Below, piece by piece: positions 27,319 through 35,376 of a stretch of 64,000 nucleotides of DNA. The position numbers and the translations under genes were made by a program. Each line of letters starts with the position of its first letter. Position 1 is the first letter of the stretch. Source of the DNA: Poseidonia sp. (GTDB taxonomy: Archaea > Thermoplasmatota > Poseidoniia > Poseidoniales > Poseidoniaceae); assembly GCA_038118245.1 (NCBI GenBank), contig JAYOHN010000001.1, positions 14,122 through 78,121 of the forward strand. The letters are read 5' to 3'. The notes under the pieces were generated by a model that was not told the origin of the DNA, searched no databases, and was given only the letters and a program-made list of their open reading frames with translations.

Positions 27319-29304
27319 TCACTCCTCTTCTGACGAGGAGGTGATGGCGTGGTCGCGCTTGATTTGAGCGATGGCGATGTCCAACTCTGGAAGGTTCAAT
27401 TCTCCGTCGCCGTCAAGGTCCATGCTCTCGACCAATTCAGCTGCTTCAATGCTGCTGAGGGCCGTGATGTTGGAGGCCTCAAGAGCGGCGAGGAACTCGC
27501 GGCTGTCGATCTTGCCGGATGCGTCGAGGTCCATGCTTCGGAACAGGTCGAAAACCGATTGATTGGTGTTCACGAGGTACTGAACGAAATCCACCAGGGC
27601 TTGAGCCGTCGTTTCTGGGAACTCGGTGATTTCGTCGTTGTGGAGAGCGGCCGCAACACCAATGACGGTGGAGCCTCCTTTCGGTTCTTCCCCTTCGCTT
27701 ACGAGCAATTCGGTGTCCACGCCCACCCCTCGCCCGATGAGGGTTCGAATGGTGGTGGAGGAACCGGCGACCAACGTGTACGTTGACACATCCGAGGTCG
27801 CCGTGGCTTCAATGGAACGGCCTGTGGAAGAAATGCCCGTTCGGATGGTGACCAGCGTTGCAAAGATGGTCCCGATGCCGAGGAGGTAAAACAGAGCCGC
27901 GCCCGTCAAGTAGAACCCACCGCTGTTGGCCACCACGTCTTCAATTTCAGAGGCCGCCACGGCCCGAGCCGTGAATTCGCCGGTGAGGTAGGTCAGTGTT
28001 GAGGCGACGCCGCCAATGAGCACCAACCACGAAGCGAGATGGGCGCTGGAGGGCGTTGCGAGGGGTTTGCCAATCGCCAGAGGGTAGTTGGTGAACACAC
28101 CAGCCATGACGAGAAGGCCACCGACCGTGAAGAACATGCCGAGATTCACAACATCCGCCATTGCCCCAAGTTCGCCCGTACCGACGAACGTGTCCATGGC
28201 GGTGAAGTACCCTCCAACAGCGAAGAAGGGCAAAGCGATGAAGGCCAAAACACCGGCGATGGCGCCTGGTTGTTTCACCGCTGCGCTCAACCCGCTGGAT
28301 GCGGTCATGATGATGTTGATCGAGGCGGCAAAAATCGGCAGCATCCCAAGGGTGAGCAGAATGGCGCCGAGGTTAGTGACGAAGTTGGTCGCCGAGGCCG
28401 CGGTCATGAAGAACGGTGGAACGGTGACGAAGAGCAGGAACATGCTGGCCGTCCGCATCGAGCCCGACCAGATGGGTTGCTTGGAAGCCATGGGGACCAC
28501 GTGATACCCCACGGCAAACATGAACGCCAGTGGAGCCCAACCCAAAGCAACCCGCTCACCAAACCAAACCACCTGCGTCGCATCGGCGAGTTCGCCGAAG
28601 AAAACGAAAAACATCGAGAGGATGTACGAGGCGAGCCCCATGATGAGGAACCATGCGCTCGTCTGAAGCTCTTGGTCACCGCGCTGAGCAACCGTGATGA
28701 GCACGTTGATGAACACCGGGAGCAACAACATGCCCACCACCAACGTTTCGAGGCTGAGAAGGAGCGTGCGGTAGGGATTTTCTGAGGTGTCAAGGTCCAG
28801 GAAACCAAAGATGACCGGAAGGATGTAGCTCGCCAAAAGGACTGCAGAGAGCAACACAGCCACCATTGAGGCGTTGGCTTCGCTTGCCAAACGGCCGTTG
28901 CCGTTCCGTGCTGCACCGACCATGGCGCTGCCCACCAAGCCGTAAAGCAAGGCAATGCTCAGGAAATTGACCGTAGCGTCCTCGAGCGCTGAGCCGTCAT
29001 CATACGACCAACCAACGCTGGCGAGTGAATCCAAGGCATGCGGGTCGTAGGAATGCCAGCCCCAAAGGAAGCCGAGAACGCTTGAAAAGACCAGCCAGAG
29101 CATGCCGAAGTTCATCCACGTCCGCGACCCGCTACCGTCCTTGTCGTCAAAGATATCGACCAAACCCGGTGGGTTCTTTCGCAGCACGAACAAGCCGATG
29201 TGTTGGAGGGCACCTCCCACGGTACCGACGCCCTTTGCAAGCGATTGGGAAAGCAAAAACAAGGCGCCTACCATGAAACCGCCAGCGAGGAAAACCGTTT
29301 CCAT
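27319..29304 (-). CDS. Polytopic (about 12 TM) membrane protein with C-terminal tandem EF-hand Ca-binding domain
   Basis: The C-terminus carries two canonical 12-residue EF-hand loops, DLDASGKIDSRE and DLDGDGELNLPE. The body has about 12 TM helices with weak WFGE-type resemblance to heme-copper-oxidase subunit I, but no catalytic His. Confidence 0.7.
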   Translation of the reverse strand: METVFLAGGFMVGALFLLSQSLAKGVGTVGGALQHIGLFVLRKNPPGLVDIFDDKDGSGSRTWMNFGMLWLVFSSVLGFLWGWHSYDPHALDSLASVGWSYDDGSALEDATVNFLSIALLYGLVGSAMVGAARNGNGRLASEANASMVAVLLSAVLLASYILPVIFGFLDLDTSENPYRTLLLSLETLVVGMLLLPVFINVLITVAQRGDQELQTSAWFLIMGLASYILSMFFVFFGELADATQVVWFGERVALGWAPLAFMFAVGYHVVPMASKQPIWSGSMRTASMFLLFVTVPPFFMTAASATNFVTNLGAILLTLGMLPIFAASINIIMTASSGLSAAVKQPGAIAGVLAFIALPFFAVGGYFTAMDTFVGTGELGAMADVVNLGMFFTVGGLLVMAGVFTNYPLAIGKPLATPSSAHLASWLVLIGGVASTLTYLTGEFTARAVAASEIEDVVANSGGFYLTGAALFYLLGIGTIFATLVTIRTGISSTGRSIEATATSDVSTYTLVAGSSTTIRTLIGRGVGVDTELLVSEGEEPKGGSTVIGVAAALHNDEITEFPETTAQALVDFVQYLVNTNQSVFDLFRSMDLDASGKIDSREFLAALEASNITALSSIEAAELVESMDLDGDGELNLPELDIAIAQIKRDHAITSSSEEE

Positions 29305-29318
29305 GCATCACACCTCCA

Positions 29319-29591
29319 TCACTCGGCGAGCACCTCGCCCACCAAAGTTGCAACGATGGCCCCGACGCCGACAAGGAACCCGATGAGGTAGTACCAGATT
29401 CCACTCCCACCCAAGTTTTGAACCAGGGGCACGATTTCGCCCAAAAGAGGCAAGTTGTCCCATCCGAAAACGTTTGAAAAGAGCGAATAAAGTCCAAGAA
29501 GCCCAACGAAGAAAAGCGTCAAGACAATCCGGCTGGCCGTGGGTTCACCCGTTCCGACGGTGGTGTCGGGGAGGGTTTGCGTGTTCGTCAT
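29319..29591 (-). CDS. Small 2-TM membrane protein (hypothetical), 14 nt upstream of the EF-hand membrane protein
   Basis: About 90 aa starting MTNTQTL, with a Gly-rich helix pair. Same strand and tight spacing suggest an operon. Confidence 0.45.
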   Translation of the reverse strand: MTNTQTLPDTTVGTGEPTASRIVLTLFFVGLLGLYSLFSNVFGWDNLPLLGEIVPLVQNLGGSGIWYYLIGFLVGVGAIVATLVGEVLAE

Positions 29592-29697
29592 GCAGGGCAC
29601 CTCAAATTGACCCCATAGGGGACAAACCTGCGACTGGACGGGCGGTGATAAACATTCACCACGCTCAACGACGAAAAGGACGGGCTGCAAAGCGGCC

Positions 29698-30864
29698 TTA
29701 GGGCGAACGGAGCGCATCGATCGGTCGTCCACGGCGGGGTTTTGAGATGCCGAGGGGCACCGGCAGACGTCGCTCCAACATCACCTCGGTGTTCCAAACG
29801 GTGCGACAGGAGCAATCCAACCCTTCAAACTCGAGCAGGCTGCCTGACACGGCATAGCGTTCGATGGCTGCAACGACCTCGGCATCGCAGGAACCGCAAT
29901 TGTGGGACCCGCGTATTTTTCCTCCCGCCGTGGGGTGAACGATGAGACGGGACACTTGGTCTTCGTCGCCGTTGATGCCCCCGTTTGGGTGGATGAATCC
30001 ATGGGCTCGTTGAATCATTTCAACCAAGGACCAAAGCCACGGCGGTCGGTATTCGTTGTGCCGGTGAAGGCGGTCAATGACGGTGCCCCGCTGGATGTTC
30101 ATGGGGTTGACCGAAATCTCGTCCGAACGTGCCGCGACGGCTTTGATCCAAGCGACGCAATGGTCAAGCGCGTCGGCTTCGCTCATGAACGGCGGTTTGA
30201 ACATCAGGTAGGTTTTGATTCGAAGGTTGAAGCGCTCAAGGTTCGCAACGGCCCGATCCCATGCTGCGGTGGAAAAGCCCTTGTTCACGTGAAAGCGCAG
30301 CACTTCATCGTCGTAAGCCTCCAAGCCAATGGCCACGGTGAACTGGGGGTTGATGCTGGTCGCCCAGGCGAGTTTGGTTTCCGTGAGTTGTTCGCAACGG
30401 CTCTCAACGATGAGTTCTTTGCCCAATTCATGACAATCCTTCAACACGGTTTCCTGGAACGCCACCGGAATTTCACGGTCCTCAAGGAGGCTTCCTGAGG
30501 TGTAAACTTTCACCATGGCCTGCTCCTTGAAACCGTCGAATTTTTCTTTGGCTGCGGCCCACTGAGCGTGAAGGTCTTCGTTGGTCACGTCGTCACGGGT
30601 GTCGTTAAAGTAGCCACAAAACGTGCAACCAGAGGACCACCACCAGTGGCATCCTTTGGTTCGAAGAATCACGGTGACGGCCGAGCAAGGGGTCCCGTCC
30701 GCCAGCACCTCGGGCGTGGTGTACACCGTCGCTGGTTCTGAGGCATCCCAAGATTGTTGTTTGGCTTTGGCCCACGGGGTGTTGGCTGGCGCCTTCACCA
30801 AATCGTGAATCCGCAACCCCTTGTCACCGGAACCCAGCAGAGGCAGGGGGCTTGGTTTGGCCAT
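29698..30864 (-). CDS. Radical-SAM-superfamily (Elp3/TIGR01210-like) Fe-S enzyme with non-canonical Cys spacing
   Basis: GCHWWWSSGCTFCG gives C-x7-C-x2-C, an extended spacing like the Elp3/TIGR01210 branch. TIM-barrel-like alpha/beta core. Probable start is MAKPSP. Confidence 0.55.
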   Translation of the reverse strand: MAKPSPLPLLGSGDKGLRIHDLVKAPANTPWAKAKQQSWDASEPATVYTTPEVLADGTPCSAVTVILRTKGCHWWWSSGCTFCGYFNDTRDDVTNEDLHAQWAAAKEKFDGFKEQAMVKVYTSGSLLEDREIPVAFQETVLKDCHELGKELIVESRCEQLTETKLAWATSINPQFTVAIGLEAYDDEVLRFHVNKGFSTAAWDRAVANLERFNLRIKTYLMFKPPFMSEADALDHCVAWIKAVAARSDEISVNPMNIQRGTVIDRLHRHNEYRPPWLWSLVEMIQRAHGFIHPNGGINGDEDQVSRLIVHPTAGGKIRGSHNCGSCDAEVVAAIERYAVSGSLLEFEGLDCSCRTVWNTEVMLERRLPVPLGISKPRRGRPIDALRSP

Positions 30865-30898
30865 GGTCTCACCCGGTATGGCGTCGGCGTTCTTGGTT

Positions 30899-31972
30899 TC
30901 AAACCACCGCATTGGACGCCCCGAGGCTCGTCTCAAAAAAACCAACCAAACGGTCTCGATAAGCATCGGGCTGCGTCAACATGAGCGTCACGTGCGAGAG
31001 CACGCCGGATTCCCCCCCGTCGTTGTGGGCCACCGCTGAAGAAGCAAACCAACACTCGACCGTCCCGTCCACATCAACGCTGGCTTGAGCGGTTTCACAC
31101 ATGGATTCCCCGTGATGGATGTTGATGCGGACGTCCTCGAGGGATTGGGTCACGAACACGGAGCGGTTACCCACCGCTTTCAACGCGTCAACCGGTTCGT
31201 GGTTAACCAGATCATCTCCTGAGGAAACCTTGCCTGCAAAAATGGCGGCATCTTTGAGGAAAGGTGGAAAACCAGCGAAAGCCAATTCCTCGGTGATGAT
31301 GGTGCCCATGGAAGAAAACGGCGATTCGAGGAAGATGGCTCGCAAGTCGTTCTCTTGCCCAAACGCAATGGTCGCCGCTCCAGTCCCCATCGAGACGCCG
31401 TACACACCAATCTTCTCGGCGGTTGTTCCCTTTTCATCCTGCAACCACTGCCACACGGTGAGAAGGTCACGGTATTCTCGTTGACCGGCGGAAACCAGGC
31501 CGTCCTCGAAGGTGCTGTTCCCGTGGTCCCTGACATCAAAAAGAATCACGTTGAATCCGGCTTGGTGCAACCAAGCCGCAGGGATCAACACCTCGTGATT
31601 CGCTTTGCACGAACGGATACCGTGAACCAAGATGACCCAAGGATGGCTGGCGTTGTGCTCCATGACCCAAGCCGCCAAGGTGATGGGCTCGTCATCAACA
31701 TCGATGGAAACGTTCGTCCAAGCATCGAACCACAACGGTTCAAGGGACGAAGCGAGGGTTTCGTTCTTCTGATGCGTGACCGTCGAGACGTCTTCGTGCC
31801 AGAGTTCGACGCTAAATTCACCCGGCGAGTTCCGAGCAGCGTGTCCCGAACAATCGGGGCTGCTCGCCGCAGCTTGGGTGTAGACCAAGTTCCCCAATTG
31901 AAAATACACGAAGGGCATGCTTGCGATGAGAAACACCAGAACGGCAGGGACGGTGCGCTTGATTCGGCTCAT
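30899..31972 (-). CDS. Membrane-anchored alpha/beta-hydrolase (lipase/esterase-like)
   Basis: N-terminal TM helix and a GxSxG nucleophile elbow (GVSMGTGAA) in an alpha/beta-hydrolase core. Confidence 0.7.
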   Translation of the reverse strand: MSRIKRTVPAVLVFLIASMPFVYFQLGNLVYTQAAASSPDCSGHAARNSPGEFSVELWHEDVSTVTHQKNETLASSLEPLWFDAWTNVSIDVDDEPITLAAWVMEHNASHPWVILVHGIRSCKANHEVLIPAAWLHQAGFNVILFDVRDHGNSTFEDGLVSAGQREYRDLLTVWQWLQDEKGTTAEKIGVYGVSMGTGAATIAFGQENDLRAIFLESPFSSMGTIITEELAFAGFPPFLKDAAIFAGKVSSGDDLVNHEPVDALKAVGNRSVFVTQSLEDVRINIHHGESMCETAQASVDVDGTVECWFASSAVAHNDGGESGVLSHVTLMLTQPDAYRDRLVGFFETSLGASNAVV

Positions 31973-32826
31973 TCTTCTTCCTCCAACGGGACGAACACCA
32001 CCGACGCACCCGCCAGCACATGCATGCCTTTGGGATGGTCGGGATGACCGTCCTCTGCGGTGATGATTGATGAATGGTAGTGCTTCGCTGGGACGCGAAG
32101 GTCAACTCTTGAACCCAAACGAATCATGCCGATGCGTTGACCTCTTCGAACCGGTCGCCCGTCGAGAAGAAACGGCACGACGGTTCGTGCCAGAGCCCCC
32201 GATATTTGGGCGATTTCAATTCGTAAACCGTTCTCAAGAAGGTGCACGGAACGCACTCGCTCGTTGAATTGGCTCTCTTTGGTGTACGCCGGACGAAACG
32301 GGCCGCGGCGGCGCCCTTTCCCGGTCCGGTGTTCCATCCGTTCAACCGAACCCGCTGCTGGCGCTCGATTGACGTGGACGTCCAACGGTGACATGAAAAT
32401 CGCCAATCGCCAAACATCGTCCTCCGCTTCTTCGCCTTCAGGGACCGGCTCGAATCGTTGTTCGGTTTGAAACGAAAGGGGTTTGTCCAGAGGTTCGGGG
32501 AACCAATCGCCCGTGACCGGGTCAAGTTCCACCCGGCCTGATTCAACGTGAGCCTTGGTCGGCCGCTGCCCGACGGCCCGTTCTCGCCTCAAAAACATCG
32601 CATGCCCGTCTGCGGGAGAGACCAAGACGCCAGGGGTGCGAGGGACAGGTCGGTCGGGATCTCGCCAAAAATATCCCAAAAACACGGCAGCCATCAAACA
32701 GAGCATCCCGAACAGCGGGACCAAGCCTGCAATCGGGTCGATGAAGGCCCCGATAACGAGGGCACTCACGCCCATCATGGTCATGGTCAGGACGGGGCCG
32801 TGGCCACCGGGGGCCAAACCGGCCAT
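31969..32826 (-). CDS. psd: Phosphatidylserine (archaetidylserine) decarboxylase-related proenzyme
   Basis: N-terminal TM helices and a PSD-family core with an LGS-type self-cleavage motif (MIRLGSRVDL). A 4-nt overlap with the downstream hydrolase suggests co-transcription. Confidence 0.7.
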   Translation of the reverse strand: MAGLAPGGHGPVLTMTMMGVSALVIGAFIDPIAGLVPLFGMLCLMAAVFLGYFWRDPDRPVPRTPGVLVSPADGHAMFLRRERAVGQRPTKAHVESGRVELDPVTGDWFPEPLDKPLSFQTEQRFEPVPEGEEAEDDVWRLAIFMSPLDVHVNRAPAAGSVERMEHRTGKGRRRGPFRPAYTKESQFNERVRSVHLLENGLRIEIAQISGALARTVVPFLLDGRPVRRGQRIGMIRLGSRVDLRVPAKHYHSSIITAEDGHPDHPKGMHVLAGASVVFVPLEEEE

Positions 32827-32834
32827 GCCTCCAC

Positions 32835-33605
32835 CTACTCAGAAGCCCAAGGGTCAGCACCGTCGCCCCAACTTTCGGGCGGTGCTTCCTCTTCGGTCGT
32901 TTCTTCCGATGCTTCTGCGGGTGCTTCGGCTTCCGCAGACGCCTCAGGCTCTTCGGCTTCGGAAGCCTCTTCGACAACTTCCACGGCGGCCGTTGCTGCT
33001 TCTGCCTCTGCGGCTTGTGCCTCCTCTGCGGCCTGTTCTTCCGAACGTGCCTGAACCATTTCTTCCATGCGTTCGGTGAACACGCGAGACATGTGCTGGG
33101 ACTTCCGTTCAGACTCCACCGCCCGTTCGATCATCTCGTAACGTTCCTTGATGGCCTTGTTCAGGTCTTCAAATATCTGCATGTGGGCCACGTACCAATC
33201 GTCCCGTGCTTTCATTTCGGTCACGGCGAGACGCAAGTCGTTGTCCAGTTCCTCAGCAATGCCGAAGACCTTGCCCAAGCGATCTTTTTCGCGAGAATAT
33301 TTCTCTTCCATCTTCTCAAGTTCGGGTTCAAGGTGTTCAACCCGCTTGGACGATTTCGTGGCCCGCATCTCAAGTTCCCGGGCCCGAACGTCCTTTTCGG
33401 CGATGATGGATTCAAGCGATTCTTTTTCGATCTCGCGGTCGATGATTTCCTTTTCCAGGACCTCAATTTCAGCCTTGGCGTCAACGAGTTCTTTCTCCTG
33501 GGTCTCGTAGGCGGCGAACAGCTTCTGCAGGCGGTCGGTCTCGGTGGCCAGCGCCTCTTCGAGTTCCTTGATTCGCACATCAGGCGTGATGGTTCCTTCC
33601 GACAT
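32835..33605 (-). CDS. Coiled-coil protein with extremely acidic Ala/Glu-rich tail (hypothetical)
   Basis: 256 aa with heptad periodicity throughout and an AEAEAPAEASEETTEEE tail. Confidence 0.5.
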   Translation of the reverse strand: MSEGTITPDVRIKELEEALATETDRLQKLFAAYETQEKELVDAKAEIEVLEKEIIDREIEKESLESIIAEKDVRARELEMRATKSSKRVEHLEPELEKMEEKYSREKDRLGKVFGIAEELDNDLRLAVTEMKARDDWYVAHMQIFEDLNKAIKERYEMIERAVESERKSQHMSRVFTERMEEMVQARSEEQAAEEAQAAEAEAATAAVEVVEEASEAEEPEASAEAEAPAEASEETTEEEAPPESWGDGADPWASE

Positions 33606-33709
33606 GGGTTCACCCGGAGGTCAAGCCTCCATCCAACCCCAGTCCCCTCCTCCCTATCAAGCCGACGCTCCGAAGAGCACCGAGATGACCGACATGATGG
33701 GGGTCTCGC

Positions 33710-34672
33710 TTAACGAAGCGCATCGGTGGCGGCGACCAATTCTCGGGCAATGCTCACCTCGCCCATCGAGTGACCGGCGTCGGGCACGATGACGAGGTTA
33801 CTATGAGGCATGGCTTGGTGGAGTTCCCAAGCGCTGCGGGTCGGGCAAACAACGTCGTATCGGCCTTGAACAATGACCGTAGGAATCTCCCGAAGGCGGT
33901 CAACGTGGTTGAGAATGTGGGCTTCCTCGACAAAGATGGCATTGATGAAGTAATGGCATTCAATTCGTGCAAACGCCACGGCGAAATCCAAATCTTCGGC
34001 CTTTTCCAAATACTCAGGGTCTGGGAAGAGACGGCTGGTCGCCATTTCCCACCGGGTCCATTCCTTCGCCGCGGCTCGCCGAACCTCAACATCATCGCTC
34101 GTTAGTCGGGCGTAATAGGCGCGAATCAAATCGCTTCGCTCGGCCTCGGGTATGTGAGTCCGGTACGGTTCAAACGCATCCGGGAAGATGTGACTCGCAC
34201 CGTCCTGATAGAACCAATGCAATTCCGACTTCCGGCACATGAAAATGCCTCGAAGAACAAGGCTGATCACCCTTTCAGGGTGGTGTTGGGCGTAAATGAG
34301 GGACAGGGTTGAACCCCATGAGCCTCCAAACACGTGCCAGCGGTCGATGCTAAGGTGCTCGCGAAGCCGTTCCATGTCGTGCACCGAGGCTTGGGTGGTG
34401 TTGTCGGTCAGTTCTGCGTACGGCGTTGATTGGCCACACCCCCGTTGACTGAATTGAACGATGTTAAACACAGTGGGGTCGAAGTACTGGCGGTAGGAAG
34501 GTTGGGCACCACCGCCCGGTCCACCGTGCACCACCAGCACCGGGATGCCCTCGGGGTTTCCACTTTGTTCCCAAGCGATGGTGTGGAGGTCCGACACCGG
34601 AAGCATGCCTGATTGGAAGGGTTCAATCGGAGGATAGAGAACATCTGCGAGGGTGGTCGCCGTGTTGAGCAT
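33710..34672 (-). CDS. pip: Proline iminopeptidase (prolyl aminopeptidase, S33)
   Basis: Alpha/beta-hydrolase with GGSWGSTL around the nucleophile and the characteristic Pip N-terminus (YPPIEPF...VHGGPG). Confidence 0.9.
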   Translation of the reverse strand: MLNTATTLADVLYPPIEPFQSGMLPVSDLHTIAWEQSGNPEGIPVLVVHGGPGGGAQPSYRQYFDPTVFNIVQFSQRGCGQSTPYAELTDNTTQASVHDMERLREHLSIDRWHVFGGSWGSTLSLIYAQHHPERVISLVLRGIFMCRKSELHWFYQDGASHIFPDAFEPYRTHIPEAERSDLIRAYYARLTSDDVEVRRAAAKEWTRWEMATSRLFPDPEYLEKAEDLDFAVAFARIECHYFINAIFVEEAHILNHVDRLREIPTVIVQGRYDVVCPTRSAWELHQAMPHSNLVIVPDAGHSMGEVSIARELVAATDALR

Positions 34673-34692
34673 GCATCGTCCAAGCGCACCGC

Positions 34693-35376
34693 ATGCATGT
34701 TCCTTTCGCTGTGGACAGGTTCATGGACGACCGCGCTCGGCCACACAGCATGGGAAAGCGAGCGGCGACGGATTTGTTCAGCGAATGGGCCGACAACGGG
34801 CGGGACGAAGGCATGGAACGGGGTCACACCCCGAGCGTCACGGCCATGCTCGAGCATCTGTTTGACGGCGTGACTTCCCCTTTCACCGCCATTGACATCG
34901 GTTGCGGCAACGGGTGGGTGGTGCGAAAACTCGCTGAGCACCCGTTGTGTGTTCACGCTTCGGGCATTGATGGAGCAGCCTCAATGATTCAAAAAGCCAG
35001 GGATGTCGACCCGACCGGCGATTATGTCGAGGCGTTGTTGCCAGCGTGGGCACCGTCGGAACCGGTGGATTTGGTCCACACGATGGAATGCTTGTACTAC
35101 CTTCACGATCCTTTGGCGTTTCTGGTTGACGTGAACGAGCGGTGGATGAAACCCGGTGGGAAAATCGTGATCGGTGTGGACCACTATCTCGAGAACCCGT
35201 CCAGCCTTGATTGGGGTGTTTCGCTTCAGGTGCACATGACGACGCTGTCCATTGAGGCGTGGAAGCAAGGGTTGACGGACGCCGGCTTTGTTGATGTGCA
35301 AGCCCAACAGGTCGGAGCGAAAGAGGGTTGGAGCGGTACGTTGGTCCTGTCCGCATCCAAGCCCAGCCTTACCTGA
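34693..35376 (+). CDS. Class I SAM-dependent methyltransferase
   Basis: Motif I IDIGCGNGW in a Rossmann-like context. 227 aa. Confidence 0.7.
   Translation: MHVPFAVDRFMDDRARPHSMGKRAATDLFSEWADNGRDEGMERGHTPSVTAMLEHLFDGVTSPFTAIDIGCGNGWVVRKLAEHPLCVHASGIDGAASMIQKARDVDPTGDYVEALLPAWAPSEPVDLVHTMECLYYLHDPLAFLVDVNERWMKPGGKIVIGVDHYLENPSSLDWGVSLQVHMTTLSIEAWKQGLTDAGFVDVQAQQVGAKEGWSGTLVLSASKPSLT

Noticed and set aside
27319-29304. EF-hand membrane protein as a functional heme-copper oxidase subunit I
   Set aside because: Only a weak helix-VI-like WFGE segment is present. The six invariant His ligands and the HH pair are absent, so at most it is a degenerate scaffold.
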